NCBI GenBank assembly: GCA_030599585.1
Contig: JAUVNS010000004.1
Location: forward strand, 32,001 to 96,000
Source: Promethearchaeota archaeon
GTDB lineage: Archaea; Asgardarchaeota; Lokiarchaeia; Sigyniarchaeales; SOKP01
Length of the DNA stretch: 64,000 nt
Direction: 5' to 3'
The position numbers and the translations under genes were made by a program. Shown in pieces: positions 1 through 10,285 of the stretch (the first letter of the stretch is position 1; each line of letters begins with the position of its first letter). The notes under the pieces were generated by a model that was given only the letters and a program-made list of their open reading frames with translations, ran no database searches and was not told the DNA's origin.

Positions 1-479
1 TCACTCCTGGCGGCGGTTCTAGCGTGAATACAACCGATCTATTCAATTTTCACAATTTAAAAATTCCGGAATTAACTTTAGATTCTCAAAAGAAACTTAG
101 CGAAATCCTTCCATATGAAAACGTAAATGTGAAGAATCCTGTGGACTTAGGGGCACTGGGTTTTGTTCTAGAAGTATTTGTAAATTCTATTAAGGTTGTC
201 GTAAACGATCCAAACATTGATATTATCGTGATTCCTTTATGGCCACATTTTATCTATAATCATGTTTTCAGGCAGATGATTAAAATCCAAAAATCAACAA
301 AGAAACCATTTATGTTTTGTTTACCTAGCATTGCTGACTCATCGGAGCTTGCAAACAAATTTTCTGCGGTCAAAAAAACACTTCACAATGAAAGGGTTTT
401 GTACTTTTTCTCGTTAAGAGACGCAGCAAAAAGTATATCTCTATACTGCGATTATATTGAGTTTTTAAACTCCCGTTAG
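1..479 (+). CDS. Acyl-CoA synthetase (NDP-forming)/CoA-ligase alpha-like protein, C-terminal part (5' truncated by window)
   Basis: Frame open from the window edge (TPGGGSSV...); contains the NPVDL motif and DPNIDII typical of the succinyl-CoA-ligase-like domain. Confidence 0.75.
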   Translation, partial: TPGGGSSVNTTDLFNFHNLKIPELTLDSQKKLSEILPYENVNVKNPVDLGALGFVLEVFVNSIKVVVNDPNIDIIVIPLWPHFIYNHVFRQMIKIQKSTKKPFMFCLPSIADSSELANKFSAVKKTLHNERVLYFFSLRDAAKSISLYCDYIEFLNSR

Positions 480-511
480 TGTAAAAATTCAGAATAAGGA
501 TTTTTGGCCAT

Positions 512-802
512 TCAAACTTTCTTCATCATTTCTTTTAGATACGCCTTCATAAAATATCTTTCCATGCTGCAATAATCCAACTTCTGGGCATTTGTTAATT
601 CCTCGTTATTTAGTAGAAATGAGTGGACATTTACTATTTTACCATAACACTTAGTGAGTTTGTGGTCCACACAGTTTTCATTTAGTGTAAACTTATATTT
701 TTTCTCAAAAATAGGTAAAACAGCAACGCTACTATCATCAGTATTGTCAAGGATTTCAATGGAATAATTAATACCAGCTTTACCCGAACTCAATTTGATC
801 AC
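512..802 (-). CDS. Hypothetical protein (possibly the distal part of an amber-interrupted ORF starting at 883)
   Basis: 96-aa ORF; in-frame ATG at 883 is separated from it by a single TAG at 809-811. Confidence 0.45.
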   Translation of the reverse strand: MIKLSSGKAGINYSIEILDNTDDSSVAVLPIFEKKYKFTLNENCVDHKLTKCYGKIVNVHSFLLNNEELTNAQKLDYCSMERYFMKAYLKEMMKKV

Positions 803-1094
803 TTTAATCTAAAATTTTATGTTATTAAACCGCTTGTTTTTTGAAACTGATGTGTTGTTTCTAATTTTGTCGGAAATTTTCATAAATGCATACTAAAATG
901 TCTAATTTAGAGGCTTAATAGACCTATAATCTCAATTTTGCATATATTATTGTTTTACTTATATTAAACTCTCAGTGAACTACATGTTAACAGATTAATA
1001 ACTGCAAACTGAAATTTAAAATAATAGTGGAAGCATTAAAATAAAATAAAAAGAACAACAATTAATTATAACAAATTAGAGATGAGTACATTTC

Positions 1095-2105
1095 ATGAAA
1101 TTTATAGCTGGATTGAAGGGAGTGTTTAAAAAACCGTTATACATTTTTATAATTAGTGTTTTTACGCTTACATGGATACTAATTATAGTTAATTCATACT
1201 ATTCTAGCGTATTTTTAGGATTATCTGTACTACTATTAGGTGGAAGCTTATTATATTTCGCGATGATTCTCTTTCTAATTTCAATTATTAAACCTATTGA
1301 CCAGCTAAAAGGATGGTTTGTATTCATTATATATCTATTTTCGGTATTATCAACCTTTGTTTTAAACCGTATAGTGTTTATTATAACCTCAGAATTGTTT
1401 TTCGTTATCCCTCTTATGATAAACCAGTTCTTCACTGCCTACTTTGCATTTAAAATTTGCATGGATTCTTCTACAAAAGTAGACGATTATCTATATAAAA
1501 AGAAGAAAAGTCGAATAGTAACGCGGTTAATAGAATTTAGTGTTTTTCTTTTGATAAACTTGTGGCTTTCAAGGATTACCTTGATATTTTTCAGCAATAC
1601 ATCCACTCCATTATTTTTTATAGTATTCCGAATGCTTCAAGTCATGTTTTGGGTAAATGTGGGTTTAATGGTAATCGTAGTTATTCGCCTGATTATCACT
1701 AAAAAGTTTTCGGCTTATATTTCACTATTTTTCTTGTTAACTCTATCTTACGCGTTATATATTCTTATTGATTATCTCTATGGTGCTTACTTTAGTTCTG
1801 GATCAGGGGATCCAATATATGTGTTAATCTCCTTTTTCGTTGATTGGTTCTTGTTTTTGTATATATTAGGAACAGTCTACTCAAAAATTGATTATATTCA
1901 AGCCAAACTAAAATTCCTTAAAGTAGACACAATCGCACTCTTTCTTATTATTATGAAAATTTATGTGCAGGTTTCCAAAATCGTCCCTAAAGTTGTTTTA
2001 GAAGAGATACAAATTCTACAAGCAGGAGGACTGTTCGCAATCTTCGTTTTCTTCAATCTACTCTTTGGAATTCATTCAATTTTAGCTCATAAACAGAAAA
2101 AATAA
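1095..2105 (+). CDS. Polytopic membrane protein, unknown function
   Basis: 336 aa with about 9-10 hydrophobic segments. Confidence 0.75.
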   Translation: MKFIAGLKGVFKKPLYIFIISVFTLTWILIIVNSYYSSVFLGLSVLLLGGSLLYFAMILFLISIIKPIDQLKGWFVFIIYLFSVLSTFVLNRIVFIITSELFFVIPLMINQFFTAYFAFKICMDSSTKVDDYLYKKKKSRIVTRLIEFSVFLLINLWLSRITLIFFSNTSTPLFFIVFRMLQVMFWVNVGLMVIVVIRLIITKKFSAYISLFFLLTLSYALYILIDYLYGAYFSSGSGDPIYVLISFFVDWFLFLYILGTVYSKIDYIQAKLKFLKVDTIALFLIIMKIYVQVSKIVPKVVLEEIQILQAGGLFAIFVFFNLLFGIHSILAHKQKK

Positions 2106-2123
2106 AAATAAAAAAAAAATAAA

Positions 2124-2633
2124 CTAGTACATTTCAGTCTTAGTAAATAAAAGTGCGAAACATCCGTAAAATACTCCGTTTATCGCGGCACTTATACTCA
2201 CCGTGATTAAAAATATAACGGCAGCCGCTGGAGGAATACCTAAAGCAACAGGGTTAATGAATGCCAACACCCCTAAAGCTGTAGAACTGATTAAACAAGT
2301 TATCATCCATCCACCGAAACTTGCTCCTTTACTTCCACCAGTGCGACCCGCTACGATAGACGCTACAAATGGCGTTACAATAAACCCAATGGTTTGAATC
2401 AAAGTAGCATCAAACGTTCCGAAAGCGATCTTCCCATACAATGCAAATATTTCGGTACTGGGCACGTCAATAATAGGCCCGAAGAAGATTAACAATATTA
2501 TTAATGGATTGCTAGTAATACTGCTGAACAGTAAATTTAAATTACCACTAATAGTTTCTGATATGATGATAAATAAGAAGTTCAAGCCAACGTACGCGAG
2601 TAAGCTAAATCCGAGAGCTTTTCCAAGTCCCAA
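2124..2633 (-). CDS. Small membrane protein, unknown function
   Basis: 169 aa, 4-5 hydrophobic helices, Gly-rich loop. Confidence 0.7.
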   Translation of the reverse strand: MGLGKALGFSLLAYVGLNFLFIIISETISGNLNLLFSSITSNPLIILLIFFGPIIDVPSTEIFALYGKIAFGTFDATLIQTIGFIVTPFVASIVAGRTGGSKGASFGGWMITCLISSTALGVLAFINPVALGIPPAAAVIFLITVSISAAINGVFYGCFALLFTKTEMY

Positions 2634-2770
2634 CTATAATCAACCTTTTTATAAATTTGTGTTTACTATTTAATTAATTAATACTATGTATACAATACAA
2701 AAGAAAGGCTATTTAAATTTATTTGACTTAAAAATTAAATATCATATTATACTAAATCTTCAAAATTTAA

Positions 2771-3847
2771 ATGTTTAAAATCTCTATTTGTAATGAGATG
2801 GAAATGAGAGAAAAGCAAACTAAAAATAAATTTCTTCTTGGTAAACTGAAGCATAAGTTCCTACAGAAAATGTTAAGTGAATTTGTGTCTACCACTCATT
2901 TAAAAGACGATAGAGTTGTTGTAGGTTCGCAGATTGGAGAAGATGCCGCTGTCATAGACATGGGCGATAAATATCTAGTCGCAAAAACAGATCCAATAAC
3001 ATTTGTAACTGACGAAATCGGATATTACGCCGTTAATGTAAATGTCAACGATGTAGTATGCACGGGGGCTACTCCAAAATGGTTCCAATCAACTATTCTA
3101 TTACCTGCTAAACGTACTGATGAGGATTTAATCGAATCAATTTTTAGGAATATCCATGATACGTGTAAATCCTTAGGAATAACTGTGATTGGAGGTCACA
3201 CCGAGATTACAGCTGGTCTTGATAGGCCTATAGTGGTAGGGTCTTTGCTTGGCGAAGTTGATAAAGAAAAATTAGTATTATCCTCTGGGGCTAAAGAAGA
3301 TGATTTGATAATCCTAACCAAGGGAATTTTTATTGAGGGTACTAGTATTATAGCTCGAGAAAAAGAGAATTTCTTAAAAGAGAAAGGATATAGTAGTCAA
3401 TTTATTGAAAAGTGTAAAAATTACCTCTACGATCCCGGGATTAGCATATTTAAAGAAGCCGTTGTATCGAATAACAATTTTACAGTAACATCAATGCACG
3501 ACATAACCGAAGGAGGTTTATTCTGTGGTATCGCTGAAACTGCGATTGCTTCAAAACTAGGAGTATTTATTAATAAAAGCAAAATTAATGTCTTACCAGA
3601 GCCGAGCGAATTGAGTAAAATTTTTAACATTGACCCCTATAGTACAATATCTTCCGGGTCTCTACTAATCTCAATTAATCCCGAAATCGCTAGAGATTTA
3701 ATTAATTTGTTAGCTAAGAATGGGGTTGCGTCAGAAGCGATCGGAAAATTTACAAAGGATGAAGGTAAATATCTCATAGTAGATGGGAATAATAGTGAAA
3801 AGACTATGATTTACACTGAAGTAGACGAAATAACCAAAATAGTTTAA
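2771..3847 (+). CDS. AIR synthase/HypE-like (PurM superfamily) protein
   Basis: GEDAAV, KTDPITF, NVNDV, GGHTE and MHDITEGG motifs. Confidence 0.9.
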   Translation: MFKISICNEMEMREKQTKNKFLLGKLKHKFLQKMLSEFVSTTHLKDDRVVVGSQIGEDAAVIDMGDKYLVAKTDPITFVTDEIGYYAVNVNVNDVVCTGATPKWFQSTILLPAKRTDEDLIESIFRNIHDTCKSLGITVIGGHTEITAGLDRPIVVGSLLGEVDKEKLVLSSGAKEDDLIILTKGIFIEGTSIIAREKENFLKEKGYSSQFIEKCKNYLYDPGISIFKEAVVSNNNFTVTSMHDITEGGLFCGIAETAIASKLGVFINKSKINVLPEPSELSKIFNIDPYSTISSGSLLISINPEIARDLINLLAKNGVASEAIGKFTKDEGKYLIVDGNNSEKTMIYTEVDEITKIV

Positions 3848-4023
3848 ATTTCTTACCACCTAAAAAACTTCTTAAGTAGACGGAATCACGTAATTATTTA
3901 AATACCAAGATTTTTATTTCTGTATTTTCACCTATTTTATGTAACACGGGTATTTTATAATTTTATATTAAGGGTTGTAAGGAATTTATTTGTCTATCAT
4001 AATAATTTAAAATTTGATTAATC

Positions 4024-5943
4024 GTGGTTAATAAAGAATTACGGACTATTCTTAAATCCATTGGGGAGCATTCCAAGGGAAAAGATTTAACCATGAAATT
4101 GAATTCGCATGTTTTTTTTGAAATTCTCGAAGCCAAAACTATTGTTTTTGACAAATTTAAAGAAAAAATTAACAAAGATTGGAAAAAATTTAAACTAAAG
4201 AATCAAAATCGAGTAATTAAAAAAACCTATAGTTCTTTCTTTTTTCAACATTTCGACGAACTTCTTACATTTTACTTACAAACCTTCTGTGGATACGATA
4301 CTAACTCTTTAAAGTTAATAGTAAAAGAGAAGATATCTGACAATAATTTATTTTTAGAGTATAGTTACAATCTATCTCCCGAAGAAAAGGAAGTTTATAG
4401 TGAGTTTGCTCGGGATTTTAAGGATGTTGTTAATGGAGTTACCACCCCATCTGGCTATCTCTACTTAATAATTGCGATACTTGGGATAATACTGAGGAAG
4501 CTATTAGATGAGAAATTTTACATCGTTTTAGATGGCGTAGTATTAAAGAATGGTGAAGAAAACGCTCTGAATTTCTTAATCGTTATCAAAAATAGCAAAG
4601 ACGAATTATTCGATAACTACTATTATATGTATTTATATTATTTTTTAAAATACTTTAAAGAGGTTCCTGAGCAATATTTTACTAAATTATTAGCTGGGAG
4701 GGAAAAGGTTTACCAAATAGCTCTTGACGAATATTCTAACGCTAAAGAGTCCCTCGTTGATCTAATGTATTACTTTTATAAGAAATGTAACCTGTTAGGA
4801 AACTTTTCACCACTATTGGATTTCCTAAACTTTGTATGCTCGCGAGTAGAAGATTCGGTGTTTCCGAAGCTAGATATTATCAGAAAAGAATTCTTACGGA
4901 ATTTTGATTATACTGACGAAAAAAAGAACGCTCTATTGCGAATATTTGATTTTATAGACAAAAAATCTACGTTGTATAGTACATTTCAAGCAAACAATTT
5001 GCCATCACAACATTCTCAATTTAATCTATTTCTCCTCTATACAAAATATTATTTTGGAAGTGGGAGTTTGGAAGCTTTAGAAGTGAGTGATCTCTTATTT
5101 TTACCGGATGAATTCAAAATAAAATTAAATAATTTTAATTCTAAAACGGAAAATGTAATCAATGCTAACACTATTAACGAAGTTCAAGAATTTTTAGATA
5201 CTCTCTCGATTATGACGAACATCGAGAACCCAGATATATTTTTTAAGAAAATATTTAACAAGGAAATCTCAGAGCTTAATTACGATTTCTTTAAAGCGTT
5301 TTTGCTTAGTTTAAATTCGAGTATCTCGCGTTTGATTGGGCTTGAAAATAAGACCTTAGAAGAAGATCCAAATAACGAATTATTAAATTTTAAAATCGTA
5401 GTGGATCACGTTTGTCGAATGCTCTACACCCTTATCGACAAAATCTTTCTCAGAAGACTTCCAAGTCAAGCGTCCAAAAACTTTATCGACCCAAGAAGTA
5501 GGTATGTTGGCAAAAATATCGCTTTGAGGGTATTAGAGTTATTTATTTTTAGTGATTTGAATGTTTCAGATGATGTTTGGCCTGATTACATTATATCGAT
5601 GAATAAAGACGTTTTATTAAAGGATTTAGAAAATTTCGAAGTTGAGATACCTGAAAAATATTTCTATCGATATGAAGATATCGCAAGATTTGTTGTTACA
5701 TTTAATTTTCAGTCCCCAAAAGGACAGATACTATTCGAAGAGTGGTTAATCACGGGACTTATTACTCCAATTATCAGTTTTACATCGAAAATTCGTAATT
5801 TGATAAAAAACGATGAAAATAAAACAGAGATATGTAAGATATTAAGAAACTACTTTATTGATGACGATGTACACATAGAAAATCTACAAGATATCGACTA
5901 TGTTTGCCAACAACTCGCAGATTTTTGGGAAAGTGCTGATTAG
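4024..5943 (+). CDS. Large hypothetical protein
   Basis: 639-aa ORF, no recognised motif. Confidence 0.75.
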   Translation: MVNKELRTILKSIGEHSKGKDLTMKLNSHVFFEILEAKTIVFDKFKEKINKDWKKFKLKNQNRVIKKTYSSFFFQHFDELLTFYLQTFCGYDTNSLKLIVKEKISDNNLFLEYSYNLSPEEKEVYSEFARDFKDVVNGVTTPSGYLYLIIAILGIILRKLLDEKFYIVLDGVVLKNGEENALNFLIVIKNSKDELFDNYYYMYLYYFLKYFKEVPEQYFTKLLAGREKVYQIALDEYSNAKESLVDLMYYFYKKCNLLGNFSPLLDFLNFVCSRVEDSVFPKLDIIRKEFLRNFDYTDEKKNALLRIFDFIDKKSTLYSTFQANNLPSQHSQFNLFLLYTKYYFGSGSLEALEVSDLLFLPDEFKIKLNNFNSKTENVINANTINEVQEFLDTLSIMTNIENPDIFFKKIFNKEISELNYDFFKAFLLSLNSSISRLIGLENKTLEEDPNNELLNFKIVVDHVCRMLYTLIDKIFLRRLPSQASKNFIDPRSRYVGKNIALRVLELFIFSDLNVSDDVWPDYIISMNKDVLLKDLENFEVEIPEKYFYRYEDIARFVVTFNFQSPKGQILFEEWLITGLITPIISFTSKIRNLIKNDENKTEICKILRNYFIDDDVHIENLQDIDYVCQQLADFWESAD

Positions 5944-5955
5944 CTCTATTAGCTT

Positions 5956-6459
5956 TTAAGGTATATTAAAAATTTTAGTAAATCTTTCAAAATTTTGTTG
6001 TATACTAAAAATCGGTGTTTGATCTTCTCTTTCCTTGCTGATTTTATTTAGAGCGATTAATCCGGATATCAATTTAACGTTTTTGTTTAATTGGACTTCA
6101 ATATCCTTGAACTCTTTTACGCATAAAATGGTAGGGTAGGATGCATCTCTAAAACCCTCAATAATTATAAGGTCAACTTTAAACGGGCTTTTGTTAAGCC
6201 AGTCTATTAAAGCATCTAAGCTGATTTTTTTATTGAGATAAATAGCGTTTTGATTAAACTTATTTTTACTAACAGAAAAAACAGCACCAGCTTCAGAAAA
6301 TTTAAAGGAATCTTTTCCTTCTTCGTCTATTCTATGTTCATGAATGTATTTAACAACACTAACTTCAAGGTTAAGTTCGGTTTTAAATTTCTTGATAAGA
6401 AATTCAATAATATGAGTCTTACCAGATCCAGAATAACCAATCACACTAATAACTTGCAT
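5956..6459 (-). CDS. mobB: Molybdopterin-guanine dinucleotide biosynthesis protein B
   Basis: GYSGSGKT P-loop, D..GKDS..F..AGA, DLIIIEGF. Confidence 0.9.
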   Translation of the reverse strand: MQVISVIGYSGSGKTHIIEFLIKKFKTELNLEVSVVKYIHEHRIDEEGKDSFKFSEAGAVFSVSKNKFNQNAIYLNKKISLDALIDWLNKSPFKVDLIIIEGFRDASYPTILCVKEFKDIEVQLNKNVKLISGLIALNKISKEREDQTPIFSIQQNFERFTKIFNIP

Positions 6460-6485
6460 TATTAATCACAGATTCTAAGAGCTTG

Positions 6486-6557
6486 AAAAATACTAGAGAT
6501 TTAATATAATCATTAATATCTAAAAAATACTAGAGATTTAATATAATCATTAATATC
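6486..6557. repeat. Exact 35-bp tandem duplication (period 37) in a divergent promoter
   Basis: AAAAATACTAGAGATTTAATATAATCATTAATATC at 6486-6520 and 6523-6557. Confidence 0.95.
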
Positions 6558-6573
6558 AAAATTTTAGGGAATT

Positions 6574-8580
6574 ATGCCAAAAATGAGCGAAATCATAGTA
6601 TTTGATGCAAATTTCTTTATTTGTATGAACTCGATTAGAGCTAAAAATTTGCTCGGGAACCTCGATAGCGTTGCGTCTGATTTAGGTTTTGAGTATTATA
6701 TTAGCACGGTTGTATTTGATGAAATTAAAGCACCCCATACCTTCCGCGAAAAATTCCAGAAAATCATACATGTTGAGGAAATAACTGATTCTGAGATAAA
6801 AGCTGTTAAAACTAAACTTAGTTCTCAAGGCATTCGGTTTCCTGCTCAAGATCCTGATTTATCTTTGCTCTCATTATCGCAGAAATTGCTCGATAAAAAA
6901 AATAATCGACCTATTCATATTAATATGGTGTCTGACGACTTTAAGCTAGCTAAAAACGCTAATTTATACTTTCGCGGCAAAATCAATATTCTTTCACTTT
7001 CTAGTTTTTTACTAAAAATTCACAGAACGATTTCCAATAAACAGTTACGGAGCTATTTTAAAAATTTATGGAAAAAGAGTTTAAACTACACTTTATCGTA
7101 TATGATAGAGCGTTCCAAAATTTACCCTGCTGAAGAAAAGATAACATGGTTAATAGAGAAGGCAATAAGCGTAACACAAGACTCTATTTTAACTCAAGAC
7201 GCACATTATATTGATAGCCAGAAAGGTCCCGTAAAATTTGAAATAGGGGCAAGCAAATACGAACAAGAAATAGCAATATGCGAGAAATATATTGAAGACC
7301 ATAATATAGCAAATAGCGAAGAAGAGTTAATAGCGGGGATATTAAATTTCCTTGAAAACTTAAAGATATCTCGTGAATATGTAAAGCAAGCTCGTAAAGC
7401 AATTGAAAAACACGATTCTAAGAATGCGGTAAAATATTTAAAGAAAGGTAATGGTTTCTTGATTTCACTATTGCAGATTGCTTCCGGTCAACTAACAAAT
7501 TTAAAAGATTATGATATCGTTGAAAAATTAATCTGTAGCGAGATTTCGAAGATGGAATTCCTAAGAGCCTTTATATTAATTTCTTTAGGGAGGGTTAATA
7601 ATGCTATAGACTCTTTAGAAAGAGCTGCTTTATTTTCTACAATAATCCATAATCACCAAACATGCTTAACTTTAAATTATGTAAAAGCCTTAATCCTGCT
7701 ATTTCATGGGCTATACAACAACGCGATTATGGCTTATAATTTTACAGAGGAGCTTGCTGATATATATAACGACGAAAGGCTTAAACTTAAGTGTGCGATT
7801 GGAAAATCTATTGCTATCTATATTAAAGGAGATGATAGCGAGACTGCTATGGCGATTATGGATGAAATTGCTAACATGGATATGGAAAAGAATTTCCTTG
7901 ATACCATTATTGTTTTTAGTGAACTGGGTGATTATTTCTTAGCTTTAGGGCACTCACAATTGGCTGCGAATCTTTACAACGAGGCTTTAGAAATTAGCAT
8001 TGATTATAAATTAAAAATTAGAAGCGATATATTAATAGAAAAATTAAAACGAGCTTATATTGCTACGGTCCTCAATGGATATTCAACTGAAGATATTATG
8101 GTTGATAAATTAGATCTTTTGCTGAATAAGGCTTATTCGGTAAAAGATGTTGAAAAATACAATGAGCAAATCAAGAAAATCTCAAGTTTTAACATTCTAT
8201 TTTATACGCCCTTTCCTTACATTTCTGGGAAAAAAAAGATTGTCCCTTTTACCAAACTTCCTAAAGAACTCCAAGAAGATTACTTAGAAGTAGTCCATTT
8301 TGAGAAGCTAAAAAGCACTAAGACCTCAAAATATCTTTTCATTGTCTCTCATTATGAATTGGGATTGTTAGGCGTCATTCTCAAAACTGATGAAAACATT
8401 TTGGGAATCGCTGAGAATTATTCTCTTAAATTTAAGCCTACATCTAGGCTCAAAATATACAATCCTAGCGAAGTATTGAGAGACACCTATTTAATTAGAG
8501 CGATTATCGAAGTTGTGAAAATAAATGAATGCGAGATCATTTACTCTTTACCTTCGTTCTTTAAAGCCCTGAATATATAA
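6574..8580 (+). CDS. PIN-domain nuclease fused to TPR-like repeats
   Basis: N-terminal IVFDANFF...VFDEI...DPDLSL...SDDFKL PIN acidic residues; helical repeats such as ELGDYFLALGHSQLAANLYNEAL. Confidence 0.75.
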   Translation: MPKMSEIIVFDANFFICMNSIRAKNLLGNLDSVASDLGFEYYISTVVFDEIKAPHTFREKFQKIIHVEEITDSEIKAVKTKLSSQGIRFPAQDPDLSLLSLSQKLLDKKNNRPIHINMVSDDFKLAKNANLYFRGKINILSLSSFLLKIHRTISNKQLRSYFKNLWKKSLNYTLSYMIERSKIYPAEEKITWLIEKAISVTQDSILTQDAHYIDSQKGPVKFEIGASKYEQEIAICEKYIEDHNIANSEEELIAGILNFLENLKISREYVKQARKAIEKHDSKNAVKYLKKGNGFLISLLQIASGQLTNLKDYDIVEKLICSEISKMEFLRAFILISLGRVNNAIDSLERAALFSTIIHNHQTCLTLNYVKALILLFHGLYNNAIMAYNFTEELADIYNDERLKLKCAIGKSIAIYIKGDDSETAMAIMDEIANMDMEKNFLDTIIVFSELGDYFLALGHSQLAANLYNEALEISIDYKLKIRSDILIEKLKRAYIATVLNGYSTEDIMVDKLDLLLNKAYSVKDVEKYNEQIKKISSFNILFYTPFPYISGKKKIVPFTKLPKELQEDYLEVVHFEKLKSTKTSKYLFIVSHYELGLLGVILKTDENILGIAENYSLKFKPTSRLKIYNPSEVLRDTYLIRAIIEVVKINECEIIYSLPSFFKALNI

Positions 8581-8601
8581 TTTAAAGCTCTGAATATCTA
8601 A
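8560..8601. repeat. Imperfect 21-bp tandem duplication of the PIN-TPR gene 3' end
   Basis: TTTAAAGCCCTGAATATATAA followed by TTTAAAGCTCTGAATATCTAA (19/21 identical). Confidence 0.85.
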
Positions 8602-8732
8602 TTTGAGTGTATTGAAGAAGAATGGGTTATTGGTTATTCAAAAAATTTTCTAATTAGGTCAAGATTACCGAATATGCGTTGTTGTTTTATAAACTGGTAA
8701 TTACTTTGAAGTAAATAAGGAGGAAGTGGTTA

Positions 8733-9143
8733 ATGGCTAAGAAGAAGAGTAGCAAAAGTAGTAGTAATGATAACAAAAAATGTGCAAATTGTGGTAAACT
8801 CGTTAAGTCCTATTCCTATGGGTATTACTGTAGCTCATGTGCAGAAGAAATTTGGGATCGGGGTTTTGACTCAACAACACAGCATGCCGAGGAGTTATAT
8901 GAACAAGACTTGAAAGAAAATAAGGAGATCAATAAAAAAATCAATAAAGGCAATATTAGTTATAATATCGTTCGAAATTTGATCGGATATAAGTCAGGAA
9001 CTTTTCGCTGTTCAAAATGTAATAAATTAAGACTGGAATGGATTCATTTCCCTAATTCACCCATCAAAGACGAGAAACTTCGATTATTGCTTAAAACACC
9101 CTGTCGTAAATGTAAGGTGGTGGGTTTTTTAAATTTTTCTTGA
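8733..9143 (+). CDS. Small Zn-finger protein (four CxxC pairs)
   Basis: CANC/CSSC and CSKC/CRKC; AAGGAGG SD-like motif upstream. Confidence 0.65.
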   Translation: MAKKKSSKSSSNDNKKCANCGKLVKSYSYGYYCSSCAEEIWDRGFDSTTQHAEELYEQDLKENKEINKKINKGNISYNIVRNLIGYKSGTFRCSKCNKLRLEWIHFPNSPIKDEKLRLLLKTPCRKCKVVGFLNFS

Positions 9144-9401
9144 AGCTTTACTCCGTTGAGAAACTTGATGACTATGAACAGCGCAACTTATACAGTAATA
9201 TTTTTTCGTACTTGCAGACATAATAATCGTCCCAGTCTTCTTTAATTCGCTGAACATGCGCCCGTCAACCAAATTGGTTCGTTGCGTTACTGCCTTAGCC
9301 TTACTCCGTGGAACCCTTCGTCCACATTTACTGCATTGAACCGTCTTATAACTTCCCTTACTTGAGCCGGTTTTACCGCCACTTCTTCTCTTCTTAGGAA
9401 T
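9129..9401 (-). CDS. rps26e: Ribosomal protein S26e (eS26), ATT start; absent from ORF track
   Basis: Translates (M)PKKRRSGGKTGSSKG...VQCSKCGRRVPRSKA...YYCISCAVH; in-frame TGA three codons upstream of the ATT. Confidence 0.95.
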   Translation of the reverse strand: MPKKRRSGGKTGSSKGSYKTVQCSKCGRRVPRSKAKAVTQRTNLVDGRMFSELKKTGTIIMSASTKKYYCISCAVHSHQVSQRSKASRKI

Positions 9402-9537
9402 TAATAATCAGCTTTTTTCTATAAGTAATTGTGTTCTATTTCTAAGACTTTGAATAATGCAAACCTTAAAAAATTTTTCTTCCCTTAGGAGCTTAGCAAG
9501 TATTAATTCTCTTAGGGTTTTCTTTCAAAAAAAGTAG

Positions 9538-10221
9538 TTATTTTTTATCGTGCGTTTCAATCTTACTTATTTCTTTAAAAGAAAATACTAATCTTTGTGC
9601 TATTGTCAAAATTAGTAGTCCTGTAAAGATTATCGTGAATATCGGGAAAAAAAGTTCGAAAGGAGCTCCATAAAATAGGTTGGATAAGAAAAAAATCCAA
9701 AATTCTGCAATAAAGGCAAACCATAAAATGATTAATCTTTCAGCTCTTTCCATAAAGCCCACGCCTTTCATCACAATTCCCTCATTTTCCGCTCTGGAGC
9801 GAATATAAGAAATCATAATAATTAAGAATAGTATCGTATATCCAATTATATAATTAAAATATCCCCCTATTATTAATCCAAAGACTATAATGGCATCAGA
9901 AAGGCGATCTAAGTTCGAATCTAAAAATGCTCCTGAATTGGAAATTTTCTGAGTCATCCGGGCTACTTCTCCATCGAACACATCAAAAGCACCCGCCCAA
10001 AACATAAAAAATGGGACGATCCAAGCTATAGGAAAGGGAAAATGTAACCCTCCTAATGAGAGTAAAATAGCAACCGCTATTGAACAGAAGAAGCCACTAA
10101 ATGAAAGTATATTTGGAGTAAATCCCCATTTAACTAACATTTTAGCCGGGAGCTCGACAAATATTTCTAAAATTCTTCTCTGATTGCTCCTTTTATCAGT
10201 GGCTTGTTCAATTTTGCTCAA
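9538..10221 (-). CDS. pgsA: CDP-alcohol phosphatidyltransferase (archaetidylinositol-phosphate synthase-like)
   Basis: DVFDGEVAR...GAFLDSNLDRLSD signature; SYIRSRAE; GFMERAER. Confidence 0.9.
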   Translation of the reverse strand: MSKIEQATDKRSNQRRILEIFVELPAKMLVKWGFTPNILSFSGFFCSIAVAILLSLGGLHFPFPIAWIVPFFMFWAGAFDVFDGEVARMTQKISNSGAFLDSNLDRLSDAIIVFGLIIGGYFNYIIGYTILFLIIMISYIRSRAENEGIVMKGVGFMERAERLIILWFAFIAEFWIFFLSNLFYGAPFELFFPIFTIIFTGLLILTIAQRLVFSFKEISKIETHDKK

Positions 10222-10285
10222 TATTTAATCCTAATTATGTTTTGACGATAATACAATTTAAAAGTACTCTAAAATAAAAAATTTA

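Noticed and set aside
6486-6557. Mini-CRISPR array
   Set aside because: The two units are separated by 2 nt with no spacer; no cas genes in the window
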